Shown here: in pieces, positions 1 through 8,860 of the stretch
Layout: each line of letters opens with the position of its first letter
How positions within the stretch are numbered: position 1 is the stretch's first letter
Assembly (NCBI GenBank): GCA_043759095.1
Contig: JAYVMG010000617.1
Coordinates: 1-35,152 of the forward strand
Origin: Acidobacteriota bacterium
GTDB taxonomy: Bacteria; Acidobacteriota; Vicinamibacteria; Vicinamibacterales; CAVVIG01
DNA: 35,152 nt
Reading direction: 5' to 3'
Notes under the pieces: model-generated
Seen by the model: only the letters and a program-made list of their open reading frames with translations
What the model was told of the DNA's origin: nothing
Databases searched by the model: none
Translations under genes and position numbers: made by a program

Positions 1-1074
1 GGTCACCGGCAGCTCGACCTGTGCGATATCCGGCGACTGCCTGGCGTACGGCGCCGAATGCAGCGGGACGTAGTGAAACGCCGCGCTGATCCCTTCGGCC
101 TTCAGCGCGCGCAACACCCAGTCGCGTTGCGCGGGATCGACAAGTACCGCGAACACGTGCCAGTTAGGACGGCAACCCGCGGGTACGACCGGCAACTGAA
201 TGGCGTCGCGATAGGGCGCGAGCGTGGTCAGCAGGCGCTCGGCCTGCGCGGTCTTTCGCCGCGTGATCTCCGGCAGCTTCTTGAACTGCTCGACCGCCAC
301 CGCCGCCAGAAGGTCCGAAAGGACATGGCTGCTGCCGACGCCCACCCACGTGTACTTGTCGCGCTCCCCGCGCAGAAACGCCGTCCGATCCGTGCCTTTT
401 TCCCGAAGGATTTCAGCCGCCTTGAGGAACGCTTGATCGTCGCGGACCAGCAATGCGCCGCCTTCGCCGCAGACCAGGTCCTTTGTTTCGTGGAACGACA
501 ACGCGCCGAGCGCGCCGAGCGTACCGAGCGCGCGCCCGCCGCACGTCGCGTTCACGCCGTGCGCAGCGTCTTCGATCATGATCAGACGATGCGCCTTTGC
601 AATCGCATCGAGCGCCGCCATGTCGCACGCCATCCCGGCGTAATGCATTGGCAGAATCGCGCGCGTCCGCGGTGTGATGCGCCGCGCAACGTCCTGCGGG
701 TCGAGGCCGAGGGTGATCGGATCGATATCGGCGAACACCGGACGCGCCCCAGCCTTGATGACCGCGTTGGCCGTCGACACGAACGTGAAGCTCGGCAGGA
801 TCACGTCGTCGCCAGGAGCCAGGCCCGCCACGATCAGCGCAATCTCGAGCGCGGCCGTGCACGAGTTCACGGCGAGAACGCCGCACGCGCCGGTCGACTC
901 CCGCAGCAGATGCTCGAGTTCGCGGCCTTTCGCTCCGTCTCCCGCGACGTGCGTGCCGGTCAGCACCTCCTGCATCGCCTGCTGTTCGCGCGCATCGAAC
1001 CAGGGTTTGTGGAGCGGCAACCGCGCGGTTCGCACCGGGTTGCCTCCGTCGATCGCCAGCGCCTGCGACGCCAT
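1..1074 (-). CDS. DegT/DnrJ/EryC1 (WecE-like) PLP-dependent sugar aminotransferase; 3' end lies beyond the window edge
   Basis: Not in the ORF track because no stop lies inside the window. My minus-strand translation from ATG 1074..1072 stays open to base 1 (358 codons, in frame). It reads MASQALAIDGGNPVRTARLPLHKPWF..GDDVILPSFTFVSTANAVIKAGARPVFADID..ILPMHYAG..MIEDAAHG..LSFHETKDLVCGEGGALL. The FHETK lysine motif is typical of WecE-type transaminases. The gene starts 2 nt after the stop of the upstream GT2. Confidence 0.85.
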   Translation of the reverse strand, partial: MASQALAIDGGNPVRTARLPLHKPWFDAREQQAMQEVLTGTHVAGDGAKGRELEHLLRESTGACGVLAVNSCTAALEIALIVAGLAPGDDVILPSFTFVSTANAVIKAGARPVFADIDPITLGLDPQDVARRITPRTRAILPMHYAGMACDMAALDAIAKAHRLIMIEDAAHGVNATCGGRALGTLGALGALSFHETKDLVCGEGGALLVRDDQAFLKAAEILREKGTDRTAFLRGERDKYTWVGVGSSHVLSDLLAAVAVEQFKKLPEITRRKTAQAERLLTTLAPYRDAIQLPVVPAGCRPNWHVFAVLVDPAQRDWVLRALKAEGISAAFHYVPLHSAPYARQSPDIAQVELPVT

Positions 1075-1076
1075 CT

Positions 1077-1994
1077 TCAGATCTGCTCCTCGATCGCCGG
1101 TGTGCCGGCGTTCGGATTTCGCCGCGGCGGTCGCACATACGAGATCCAGTCCATCGGACTCAGCCCGGCGTGACGCAGGAGCATCTGCGCCGATCCGAAG
1201 CGGCCACCCTTCAGATGCCGGTACACCGCGCGGGCCTGAACGAACGCAAAGTTGCGCTTGCCGATCTCCAACGTCTCGCCGTCGAGTGGGCACTGCCCGG
1301 ACTGGAGCAGGCGCCAGGCCTCGGCGGTGGCGCGCGCGTACGCCATTTCGCTCTCCGGCTTGACCATCTCCTGCCCGGGGTGAATACGGTAATAGAACAG
1401 ATCGCCCGGAACGAGGAGCACGTTCACCTTCGCGCAGGCATGAAGCCAGAACAGGAAATCGCCGGCAATGTCGACCTCGGGAAACCCCCCGAGTGCCTCG
1501 AACGCCTCCGCGCGAAACATCGCCGACGCTGGGCCCTGCTGAAAAAGCCCGGAGCCCAGCAATTCACGTTCATACGCCAGCCGCGGCGTCAGCAGCATCG
1601 GGCACGGTCCGCCCGGCCAGTTCCGAGGGCCGGTCATGGCAAACGCCGCTCGTGGTTCGGCCTCCAAAGGCTCCACCATCGTCGTCAGGCAGTGGGAATA
1701 CATCACGTCGTCGGAGTCGTGGTACTTCAGGAAACGACCCTGCGCGAGGCCCGCCACCTGACGCCGGTTGCCGTAGTCGCCAAGATTGCGTTCATTGATC
1801 GACACACGGATCCGGGAATCGCGACGCGCGTAGTCGCGCACGATGTCGACCGTGCCATCCGAAGAGCGGTCGTCGCAGATGACCAGTTCGAAGTTGGTTT
1901 CTGTCTGCGCGAGGACGCTCTCGATCGACTCCGCGACGTAGTTCTCGCGGTTGTACGACGTCAGCAGCACGCTGATTCTTGGTGTGGTCGGCAC
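1077..1994 (-). CDS. family 2 (GT-A) glycosyltransferase
   Basis: 305-aa ORF. N-terminal GT2 signature ISVLLTSYNRENYVAESIESVLAQT..VICDDRSSDGT and acidic motif YHDSDDVMY. Confidence 0.9.
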   Translation of the reverse strand: MPTTPRISVLLTSYNRENYVAESIESVLAQTETNFELVICDDRSSDGTVDIVRDYARRDSRIRVSINERNLGDYGNRRQVAGLAQGRFLKYHDSDDVMYSHCLTTMVEPLEAEPRAAFAMTGPRNWPGGPCPMLLTPRLAYERELLGSGLFQQGPASAMFRAEAFEALGGFPEVDIAGDFLFWLHACAKVNVLLVPGDLFYYRIHPGQEMVKPESEMAYARATAEAWRLLQSGQCPLDGETLEIGKRNFAFVQARAVYRHLKGGRFGSAQMLLRHAGLSPMDWISYVRPPRRNPNAGTPAIEEQI

Positions 1995-2012
1995 GGTGTC
2001 GGCTGGTTGTGG

Positions 2013-3284
2013 CTATCGCGGCCAGGCGTACGCGATGCGATGCGCGAGTTCCGCGGCCGTCACTGCCGCCAGCGCCACGAAGCGTGAGCGCTCGAGCGGC
2101 GGCTCGTCCGGACGTGCGAATCCTGATCGCGTGTTGAAACCGGCCGCAAAGCCGAGGCTCCCGGCGACCGCGACTGACTCGTCGTCGCAGTCCGCGCGCG
2201 GCGCCCCGAATGGATACGCGAGCGTGCTGACCGACCGGCCGGTCCATTCTTCGAGCGCCGCCCGGCACGACTGGAGTTCGCGACGCTGCACGTCCGACGA
2301 TGCGCCGGCAAGCGGAGCGTGGGACGCCGTGTGCACGCCGATCGTGAAGCCCTCGTCGGCGAGCTGCCGAACGTGCGCGGCCGTCATCGGCGCCAGCGTC
2401 GGCGCCGTGCTGGCGGATGTCTCGTACTTCCGCGCGACCGCGCGCCACCCTTCATGCGGCAGCGCCCGCGCCTCGTTGACCGCATCCGGCCCGAGCGCGC
2501 GAGCAACGGCGTCGAACCAGAACAGTCGCTGATCCCGGATCGGCTCCGAGCACACGAACATCGTCGCCGGGATGTTGTGCTGCAGAAGAATAGGCCGCGC
2601 CAAATCGAACACGCTCCGGTAACCGTCGTCGAACGTCATCAACACAGGGCGTCTGGGCAGTTCGCAACCGGTCGCCCGTGCCTCGCCAAACGCCGCGAGA
2701 TCGATCGGGTGACAGGTCTCCGCGATCACCCGGCACTGCGCCGCAAACGTCTCTTCGAACACGTGAAGATTTGCGAACGGCATGCCCGGATCGTCGTCCG
2801 CTGACGCGCGAACCCCGTGATAGCAGAGCGCGAGCACGCCGGGAAATGTCTGGTCCTCGAGTTTGCTGGCGTACCAGCCGCTGGCCAGCAGCCCGGCCTT
2901 CGCCGATCCCGAGAACGGTACGGTCGTCATTGCGGCATCCTCACAGAGATAGGTCGGGCTGAACAAGGGCACGATGTCGAACGTATCGGCGCGCGTGACG
3001 CCAGCGCCGAACCGCTCGGTGTATCCGTCGGTCTGCACTTCGAGCACGGCGCCGCTGATGAGATCCCGATGCGCGGATAGAAACACGTTCAGGTAGTAGC
3101 GATTGATCGGCGTGCCGCGATCAAATCCGTAGGTCGCGGAAAACGGCGTTGTGCGGCGGAGATTGCCCCAGCGCGGCAGGCCGTAGCCGCGCACCAGACA
3201 GCGCACTTTCGCGATCAGGCTGGGGCCCGCCAGTTGCCGCGCCCGCGCAGCCATCGTCGATCGGAGGGCGGCGGATGGCGTCAT
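2013..3284 (-). CDS. polysaccharide deacetylase (NodB/CE4-like) carrying an N-terminal methyltransferase-like fragment
   Basis: C-terminal part carries NodB-type motifs: RPVLMTFDDGYRSVFDLARPILLQHNIPATMFV..GVHTASHAPL..LAYPFG. N-terminal ~130 aa (RWGNLRRTTPFSATYGFDRGTPINRYYLNVFL..GAVLEVQTDGYTERFG) resembles the start of glycan-cluster SAM methyltransferases. Start set to ATG 3284 (tcat at 3281-3284 gives an ATGA overlap with the upstream stop) rather than ORF-track 3404. Confidence 0.75.
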   Translation of the reverse strand: MTPSAALRSTMAARARQLAGPSLIAKVRCLVRGYGLPRWGNLRRTTPFSATYGFDRGTPINRYYLNVFLSAHRDLISGAVLEVQTDGYTERFGAGVTRADTFDIVPLFSPTYLCEDAAMTTVPFSGSAKAGLLASGWYASKLEDQTFPGVLALCYHGVRASADDDPGMPFANLHVFEETFAAQCRVIAETCHPIDLAAFGEARATGCELPRRPVLMTFDDGYRSVFDLARPILLQHNIPATMFVCSEPIRDQRLFWFDAVARALGPDAVNEARALPHEGWRAVARKYETSASTAPTLAPMTAAHVRQLADEGFTIGVHTASHAPLAGASSDVQRRELQSCRAALEEWTGRSVSTLAYPFGAPRADCDDESVAVAGSLGFAAGFNTRSGFARPDEPPLERSRFVALAAVTAAELAHRIAYAWPR

Positions 3285-4459
3285 CGCGCCGATCGGATCG
3301 CCGTGCGGACGAGGCGCACGAAGGGATTCGGAATCCAGGATTGATCGAGGCGGCTGCCGTATTGAAGGCGCGACTGCGCGAGCGGGCGATACAACTCGCG
3401 CCACCGCGCGTAGAGCGCCTGATAGTCAACGACGCGATCACGGATATCGAACCGGCTCACGACCGAGTGGCGCGCTGCCGCGCTCATGGCCTCGAGGCGA
3501 TTCCGGTCGCGGTCGAGAGCGGCGATCGCAGCGGCGAACCCGTGGACATCTCCGACGGCAATCCGCTCGCCGTTCACGTCGTTGTCGACGATTTCCGGTA
3601 CACCGCTCGCGATGTCGCTGACGATGGCGGGAAGTCCTGCGCCCATGGCCTCGAGCAGCGCCACAGGGAATCCTTCGTAGCGGGTCGGGAACACGAACAC
3701 GTCCTGTGTGGCGTGCAGGTCGATCAGGTTTGGCGTGGTCATCGTACCCATCCAGCGGACGGTAGGATTGAACGCCCAGCGCAGTTTCAGCGCCGATTCG
3801 TCGGGCCCGCCGCCGGCGACGGTCCAGGCGGCGTGGATACCCATCGCCTGCAGCGCACGATCGATCTCCGGCAGGTCGAAGACGCCCTTCTGCCCCTGCT
3901 CGAGACGTCCGGCGTAGATCACACGCAGCGGTCCGCCGACTGGCTGCCGCACCGACGCGGGGATGGCGATGCCGTACGGCACGTGGAAGATCGTCGCGGC
4001 ACGATGCGGGAGACGCGCAATCAACTCGTCGTACATCCGTCGCGAGTAGGCAATAAAGCCGTGGACGATCGCATCGTGGCGCACCGCGAGGTCGTAGTAG
4101 TACTCGCTGTCGCCGTGCAGCATATAGAGCACAGCGCGTCCGAAGTCGTGATCGGATGCCACAGCGAGGTCGAGCAGATCGCCGGCGACGTAGACGCCGC
4201 CGCCCTTCGGCACCGCGCGAACGACGCGGCGGATCACCGCGTGCAGGTTCTCGATCGGCAGCGTGTACTCGACCAGAGATTGCGTATCGGCAGCCAGCGC
4301 CTGGCCAAATCGCGTGTCGACATGCAGATGGTTATGCGTCAGGACGGCGTCGTAACTGAACGCGTCCGGACGCCGGTACGCGAGCAGGTTTGCGATGATG
4401 TTCATCATGCCGCCCATCTTGTCCGGCAGGACATACACCACGCTCTCGCGATCGGTCAT
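3281..4459 (-). CDS. GT-B fold glycosyltransferase (GT4/GT1-like)
   Basis: FVFPTRYEGFPVALLEAMGAGLPAIVSDIASGVPEIV (E-x7-E region) and GRLEQGQKG. The first ~256 codons of the 650-aa ORF-track ORF are Arg-rich and overlap the FkbM gene. ATG 4459 forms an ATGA overlap with the upstream stop. An alternative in-frame ATG lies at 4465. Confidence 0.85.
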   Translation of the reverse strand: MTDRESVVYVLPDKMGGMMNIIANLLAYRRPDAFSYDAVLTHNHLHVDTRFGQALAADTQSLVEYTLPIENLHAVIRRVVRAVPKGGGVYVAGDLLDLAVASDHDFGRAVLYMLHGDSEYYYDLAVRHDAIVHGFIAYSRRMYDELIARLPHRAATIFHVPYGIAIPASVRQPVGGPLRVIYAGRLEQGQKGVFDLPEIDRALQAMGIHAAWTVAGGGPDESALKLRWAFNPTVRWMGTMTTPNLIDLHATQDVFVFPTRYEGFPVALLEAMGAGLPAIVSDIASGVPEIVDNDVNGERIAVGDVHGFAAAIAALDRDRNRLEAMSAAARHSVVSRFDIRDRVVDYQALYARWRELYRPLAQSRLQYGSRLDQSWIPNPFVRLVRTAIRSAR

Positions 4460-5295
4460 CGCCATGCGCGCACGGTCATCGCCCAGTTCATGGCCTTCCC
4501 TGGAAAGGGCGACTGGGCGCCGGCCAGCGGCTCGCGCCAGGTCAACGCCACGAAATCGTCGATGGCGTAACTGAAACCGGCGCGGGTCAGCAACTCGAGC
4601 ACGCGCGGCGTCGTCCGGACCGACGGATCGAACTCGTGCAGGTCCATCACGATCGCCTTCACGCGATGCAGAACAGGCTCGCAGTCGGCCAGCACGGCGT
4701 CCTCGGCGCCCTCGATATCGAGCTTGAGAAGGTCGATCGGCCCTTCGTCGATCACATCGCGCAGTCGCAGACTCGGCACGGTCGTGGAGGTGCCGTCGAT
4801 CGCACCAGGCAGCGACCCGATCATCCCCGAATCGCTCCCCTCGCATTGAAAGATCAGCGAGCCGGTGGACGTCCAGAGCGCCGCGTGACGCGTGTCGACA
4901 CCGCTCGCGCCGTTCGCCTTCAGGTTGGTGTTCAGAATCGCGAACAACGCGGGGTCCGCTTCGTACGCGGTGATGCTGGCCTGTGGGTAGATGCGGCGGA
5001 AGAACAGGCTCGCCAGGCCGACGTTGGCGCCGCAGTCGAGAATGCGGGGCGCAGGCGACGCGCTCGTGAAGGCGAGCGCGCCCTTCACGAAAATATCTTC
5101 CCACTGCGGGCAGAGCGTCAGCAGATCGGCGTAGCGCACGTCGTAGTCCATCATCCGGATATTGCCGGGCGTGAACCGCGGTGTGACCTCGGCCTCGTGC
5201 CAGGCGTGGCGCCAGGCGGCCTTCTCCGGACACTCGAATATCCGGCGGCGGATCGCGCCGAGTTTTCGGATGGCGCGACGGTACGTCCCGGTCAT
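4456..5295 (-). CDS. FkbM-family methyltransferase
   Basis: ILDCGANVGLASLFFRRIYP..ITAYEADP..LLKLDIEGAE. Start ATG 5295 sits in an ATGA overlap (tcat 5292-5295) with the upstream methyltransferase stop. Confidence 0.85.
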   Translation of the reverse strand: MTGTYRRAIRKLGAIRRRIFECPEKAAWRHAWHEAEVTPRFTPGNIRMMDYDVRYADLLTLCPQWEDIFVKGALAFTSASPAPRILDCGANVGLASLFFRRIYPQASITAYEADPALFAILNTNLKANGASGVDTRHAALWTSTGSLIFQCEGSDSGMIGSLPGAIDGTSTTVPSLRLRDVIDEGPIDLLKLDIEGAEDAVLADCEPVLHRVKAIVMDLHEFDPSVRTTPRVLELLTRAGFSYAIDDFVALTWREPLAGAQSPFPGKAMNWAMTVRAWR

Positions 5296-6038
5296 ACCGC
5301 CCTCAGGACGACGCCGTTGCTCAGATAGCAGTTGGCATTCACGACGATGCCGGTCGACCACATGTTGGAATCGAGCAGACGCACGAGGGCGCGGGCGGCG
5401 AGACGCAGGACGCCGACCTTGACCTTCGCAAACAGCGACCGCGACGTGGGAAGAATGGACGCGTCCTCGATGAGCGTCGCCAGCACCTCGGGAAACCGAC
5501 CCAGGGGCGCCGACGTCTCGACCGCAAATCCGTGATCGGCCGCCAGCCGCTGCACACCGTGCATAGTGAGGCGGCGGAAATCGTAGGGCTCCATGTGCAG
5601 CGGAAACACGAATGGCACCGTCAGCACCACCGCGCCGCCTGACGCACTCAGCCGGCGCAGGCCGGCAAACGCGGCGTCGATGTCGGCGACGTGCTCCAGC
5701 ACTTCGGTACAGAGGATCACCGCGTACGGCTTCGCAGGAGACGGTGCGGCCTCGAGCGTGCTCAGGATGTCCACGGACTTCTGGCTGTTCTGAACGACGT
5801 CCATGCCCACGTAGCGCTGCCCCGCCGACTCGATGAGCGGCCGAAACGGCTGCTCCGCGCACCCGACGTCAAGCACGACGCCCTGCCGCGGCGCGGTCGC
5901 GAGCAGCGGCGGAAGCGTGGATCGCACCCAGGCATTCACCACGCGAACCGTCCACCGGTCGCGCCCGGTCGCGCCCTCGTAGTCGCGGCGGTGACGAAAC
6001 GACGACAGCGCGGCGGTGTCTCCGCTCGGGACGGTCAC
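5292..6038 (-). CDS. class I SAM-dependent methyltransferase
   Basis: Motif I VVLDVGCAEQPF, then AVILCTEVLEHV and GGAVVLTVP. Start assigned to in-frame GTG 6038, which overlaps the upstream stop as GTGA (tcac 6035-6038). The ORF-track extension to 6212 overlaps the asnB-like gene. Confidence 0.8.
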   Translation of the reverse strand: MTVPSGDTAALSSFRHRRDYEGATGRDRWTVRVVNAWVRSTLPPLLATAPRQGVVLDVGCAEQPFRPLIESAGQRYVGMDVVQNSQKSVDILSTLEAAPSPAKPYAVILCTEVLEHVADIDAAFAGLRRLSASGGAVVLTVPFVFPLHMEPYDFRRLTMHGVQRLAADHGFAVETSAPLGRFPEVLATLIEDASILPTSRSLFAKVKVGVLRLAARALVRLLDSNMWSTGIVVNANCYLSNGVVLRAV

Positions 6039-7897
6039 ATCCGCCTCAGGAATTCCCCGAGCACGCCGAGCGCCCAGGGGCGGCTCCAGTGCGCGGCGCC
6101 TCGCTGCCACGCGCGCCAGGTCGCGTCCGGCACGCCGGGCGCAATCCATCCTGTGTCGACCAGATGCGCCATACCCGATCGGACAAACGGCTGCAGTTCG
6201 CCGCCGATCCACGTCGCGAACGGCAGCGTGAATCCCTGCTTCGGCCGATCGACCGCTTCGCGCGGCAGCGGCCGCGCCAGCGTCTCGTGCAGGAGGCGCT
6301 TGTTGCGCATCAACGACGGATGCGCGCCCAGATCCGGCCAGACCGCGTCGAGCAGCACGTGATCGACAAACGGCACGCGGACTTCGAGCGCATGGGCCAT
6401 CGACATCGCGTCGAGATCGCGAAGCAGCTGCGATCCAAGGTAGACGCGCGTCTCCAGGCGCGCGACGTCACCTTCGAGCGTGCTCGAGGCGCCGGCAAAG
6501 AGCGCCGACTCCGCAGCCGCCACGCGTTCGACCGTCGGCGCCCAACGATCGCGCAGCGCCGGGCCGGCGATCTGCTCGACCTCGGCCGGCATGAACAGGC
6601 CACGCTGCGTGCGATACGCGGCATCGGGCCGGCCGTTTCCCGCCATGAAGTGCTGCCAGCGAGAAGTGAGCCGCTCGGGAAGCACCGCGGACACTGCCGG
6701 TCCGACCGCGGGAACGAGTGGCTGCAGCCGCCGCTTCAGGCGCATCGCTGCCGGCAGGCGCGTGAACGACGGATAGCCGCCGAACAGTTCGTCGCCGCCG
6801 GTTCCCGACAACACGGCCTTGATTCCCGTCTCGGCCACCGCCGCCGAGACGTAGTACGCATTCACGGCGTCGAGTGTGGGCTGATCGAGCCTGGCCAGAA
6901 TGCGTGGCAGATCGGCAGCGATGCGCGACGAATCCAGCACGAGCTCGTGATGCGTCGCCCCGAATGCCAACGCGACAAGCCGGGCGTACTCGTGCTCGGA
7001 CGATCGATCGTCGAAGCGCACGGTGTAGGTGTTGAGACCCGAAACGCCCGCCTCGACGGCGGCCGAGAGGATTGCCGACGAATCGATCCCGCCGGACAGA
7101 AACACGCCGACCGGCACGTCCGCAACCAGATGCGCGGCCACGCTCTGCTGCACGGCGCCGCCAACGCGCTCGCGGAGCTCCCCTTCCGTGCAACCTGACA
7201 TCGGTCGCGCGTAGACGCTGGCAATGTCCGCGAACGGTTTCTGCACGCGACCGCCGTCCTGCGACCAGCGCATCCACGAACCGGGCGGCACACTCTCCAC
7301 GCCGGCGACGCAGGTCAGCGACGGAGGCACCGTGCCCCATTGGAGAAAACCGAGCACGCCGGCCGGATCGATCGTCCGCTCGACCAGTCCGGACGAGATG
7401 AGCGCATGCACTTCGGACGCGAACGCGATCGAGCGATCGCCGGCCGCGACGTAGAGCGGCTTGATGCCGAATCGATCGCGGGCCAGCACGAGCGCGTGCG
7501 CATCGGCATCCCACCAGCCGAGCGCGAACATGCCGCGCACCTGCGCCAGTACCGCGGGACCGTCACAGGCGAGCAGCCGCAGCAGCACTTCGGTGTCGCT
7601 CCCGGTGGCGAACCGTTCGCCGCGCGCTTCAAGCGACCGCCGCAGCTCGCGGTAGTTGTAGACCTCGCCGTTGAACACGATGGTGTGGCGGCCATCTGCC
7701 GTCGACATCGGTTGCGCGCCGGACGGCCCGGGATCGATGATCGCGAGCCGCCGATGCACGAGCAACACGTCCCGCCCGGGCGAACGCCACACTCCGTGGC
7801 CATCAGGGCCGCGGTGCGCGAGCGCGGCACCGAGCGCCACGGACGGGTCCGGCGTGATCACGCCATCCTGGCGCGCCACACCGGCAATCCCACACAC
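6035..7897 (-). CDS. asparagine synthase (glutamine-hydrolysing) family amidotransferase
   Basis: 620 aa. GTG-TGT start gives the Met-Cys2 nucleophile (MCGIAGV). HRGPDG and the PP-loop FLSGGIDSS are present. The GTG start overlaps the wza-like TAG stop by 1 nt. Confidence 0.92.
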   Translation of the reverse strand: MCGIAGVARQDGVITPDPSVALGAALAHRGPDGHGVWRSPGRDVLLVHRRLAIIDPGPSGAQPMSTADGRHTIVFNGEVYNYRELRRSLEARGERFATGSDTEVLLRLLACDGPAVLAQVRGMFALGWWDADAHALVLARDRFGIKPLYVAAGDRSIAFASEVHALISSGLVERTIDPAGVLGFLQWGTVPPSLTCVAGVESVPPGSWMRWSQDGGRVQKPFADIASVYARPMSGCTEGELRERVGGAVQQSVAAHLVADVPVGVFLSGGIDSSAILSAAVEAGVSGLNTYTVRFDDRSSEHEYARLVALAFGATHHELVLDSSRIAADLPRILARLDQPTLDAVNAYYVSAAVAETGIKAVLSGTGGDELFGGYPSFTRLPAAMRLKRRLQPLVPAVGPAVSAVLPERLTSRWQHFMAGNGRPDAAYRTQRGLFMPAEVEQIAGPALRDRWAPTVERVAAAESALFAGASSTLEGDVARLETRVYLGSQLLRDLDAMSMAHALEVRVPFVDHVLLDAVWPDLGAHPSLMRNKRLLHETLARPLPREAVDRPKQGFTLPFATWIGGELQPFVRSGMAHLVDTGWIAPGVPDATWRAWQRGAAHWSRPWALGVLGEFLRRM

Positions 7898-8847
7898 TAG
7901 AAGAACCGGCCTTTGATCTTGATCTCGTCGTTCGGCAGGACCTTGTCCTCCATCTTCACGTCCACGTCCACCGACTTGCCGTTCACGACCCGGCCGACCT
8001 TGATGCGCCGATCCGAACCGCGGTCCGACAAGCCGCCCGCGAGGATGATCGCCTGCCCCACGGTCGTGCCTGGATCGAGCACGAACGACCCCGGGTTCTT
8101 GATGAAACCGGAGATGTAGAACCGCTTCGCAATCGGGATGTTGACGATGTCGCCGTCCTGGAGCGTGATGTCGCGGCCGACCTTTCCGAGCTCCAGTTCC
8201 TTGCGGTTGACGGTGATCGGCTCGGGCGCCTTTTCGCCGTTCTTCGGCGGGTGCATGACGAGCACTTCGTTGCTGGCGTTCTGTGTCGGCGATCCGGCCA
8301 GCGCCAGCGCTTCGAGCAGCGACATCGTCGTGCCCTGCAGCGTGACTTTTCCCGGCGAGCGGACCTCGCCGGTCATCAGCACGCTGCGCCCTTTGAACTG
8401 ATCGACCTCGATCCGGACCTGTGGGTTCTTGAGGTAGTCCTTCTTCAGTAGGAACGTGACCTTCTCCTGTGCCTCCTGCAGCGAGAGACCCGCGACCGGG
8501 ACGCGCTGGAGATACGGCATCGAGATCGTGCCGTCGGAATCGACGCGGTACTTGCCCGTCAGGTCGGTCTCGTCGGTCACGATGATCGAGAGGCTGTCCT
8601 GCGGGCCGATGACGTACCCCTCGCCCGGGACGGCCGGACCGTCGTTTTTCGGCGCGACGCCACCAGGCCCTTCGGGTTTCGGAATGTCGAACTCCGGTTT
8701 GTAGGGTGCGCCAGGCACCGGCGGCTGCGCAGGCGACGGCGGCTGCTGCGCGGGCGGCGTCTGTGGTTTCTGCGGCGTCTGCGCGAGGCTCGCGCCGCAG
8801 AAGAGGATCACGAGGACGCCGGCGGTCAGTACTGTGTTCGTACGCAT
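7897..8847 (-). CDS. polysaccharide export protein (Wza / Poly_export + SLBB type)
   Basis: Start ATG 8847 preceded by AGGAAA. Signal peptide MRTNTVLTAGVLVILFCGASLAQT, then a P/Q-rich linker. Poly_export-like core: YVIGPQDSLSIIV..DSDGTISMPYLQRVPVAGLSLQEAQ..NPQVRIEV. The upstream 71 ORF-track codons were rejected. Confidence 0.85.
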   Translation of the reverse strand: MRTNTVLTAGVLVILFCGASLAQTPQKPQTPPAQQPPSPAQPPVPGAPYKPEFDIPKPEGPGGVAPKNDGPAVPGEGYVIGPQDSLSIIVTDETDLTGKYRVDSDGTISMPYLQRVPVAGLSLQEAQEKVTFLLKKDYLKNPQVRIEVDQFKGRSVLMTGEVRSPGKVTLQGTTMSLLEALALAGSPTQNASNEVLVMHPPKNGEKAPEPITVNRKELELGKVGRDITLQDGDIVNIPIAKRFYISGFIKNPGSFVLDPGTTVGQAIILAGGLSDRGSDRRIKVGRVVNGKSVDVDVKMEDKVLPNDEIKIKGRFF

Positions 8848-8860
8848 GATTGTCGTTTCC

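Noticed and set aside
58-1173. 371-aa plus-strand ORF, with overlapping 241-aa and 229-aa ORFs, at the left edge
   Set aside because: These are Arg/Ala-rich shadow frames typical of high-GC DNA. The opposite strand encodes a clean WecE/DegT aminotransferase across the same bases.
1170-4570. Long plus-strand ORFs 1170-2087 and 3149-4570, and similar ones at 8834-9559, 9135-10112, 14866-15468 and 31800-32912
   Set aside because: All lie antisense to genes with strong family motifs and have Arg/His/Pro-rich low-complexity translations.
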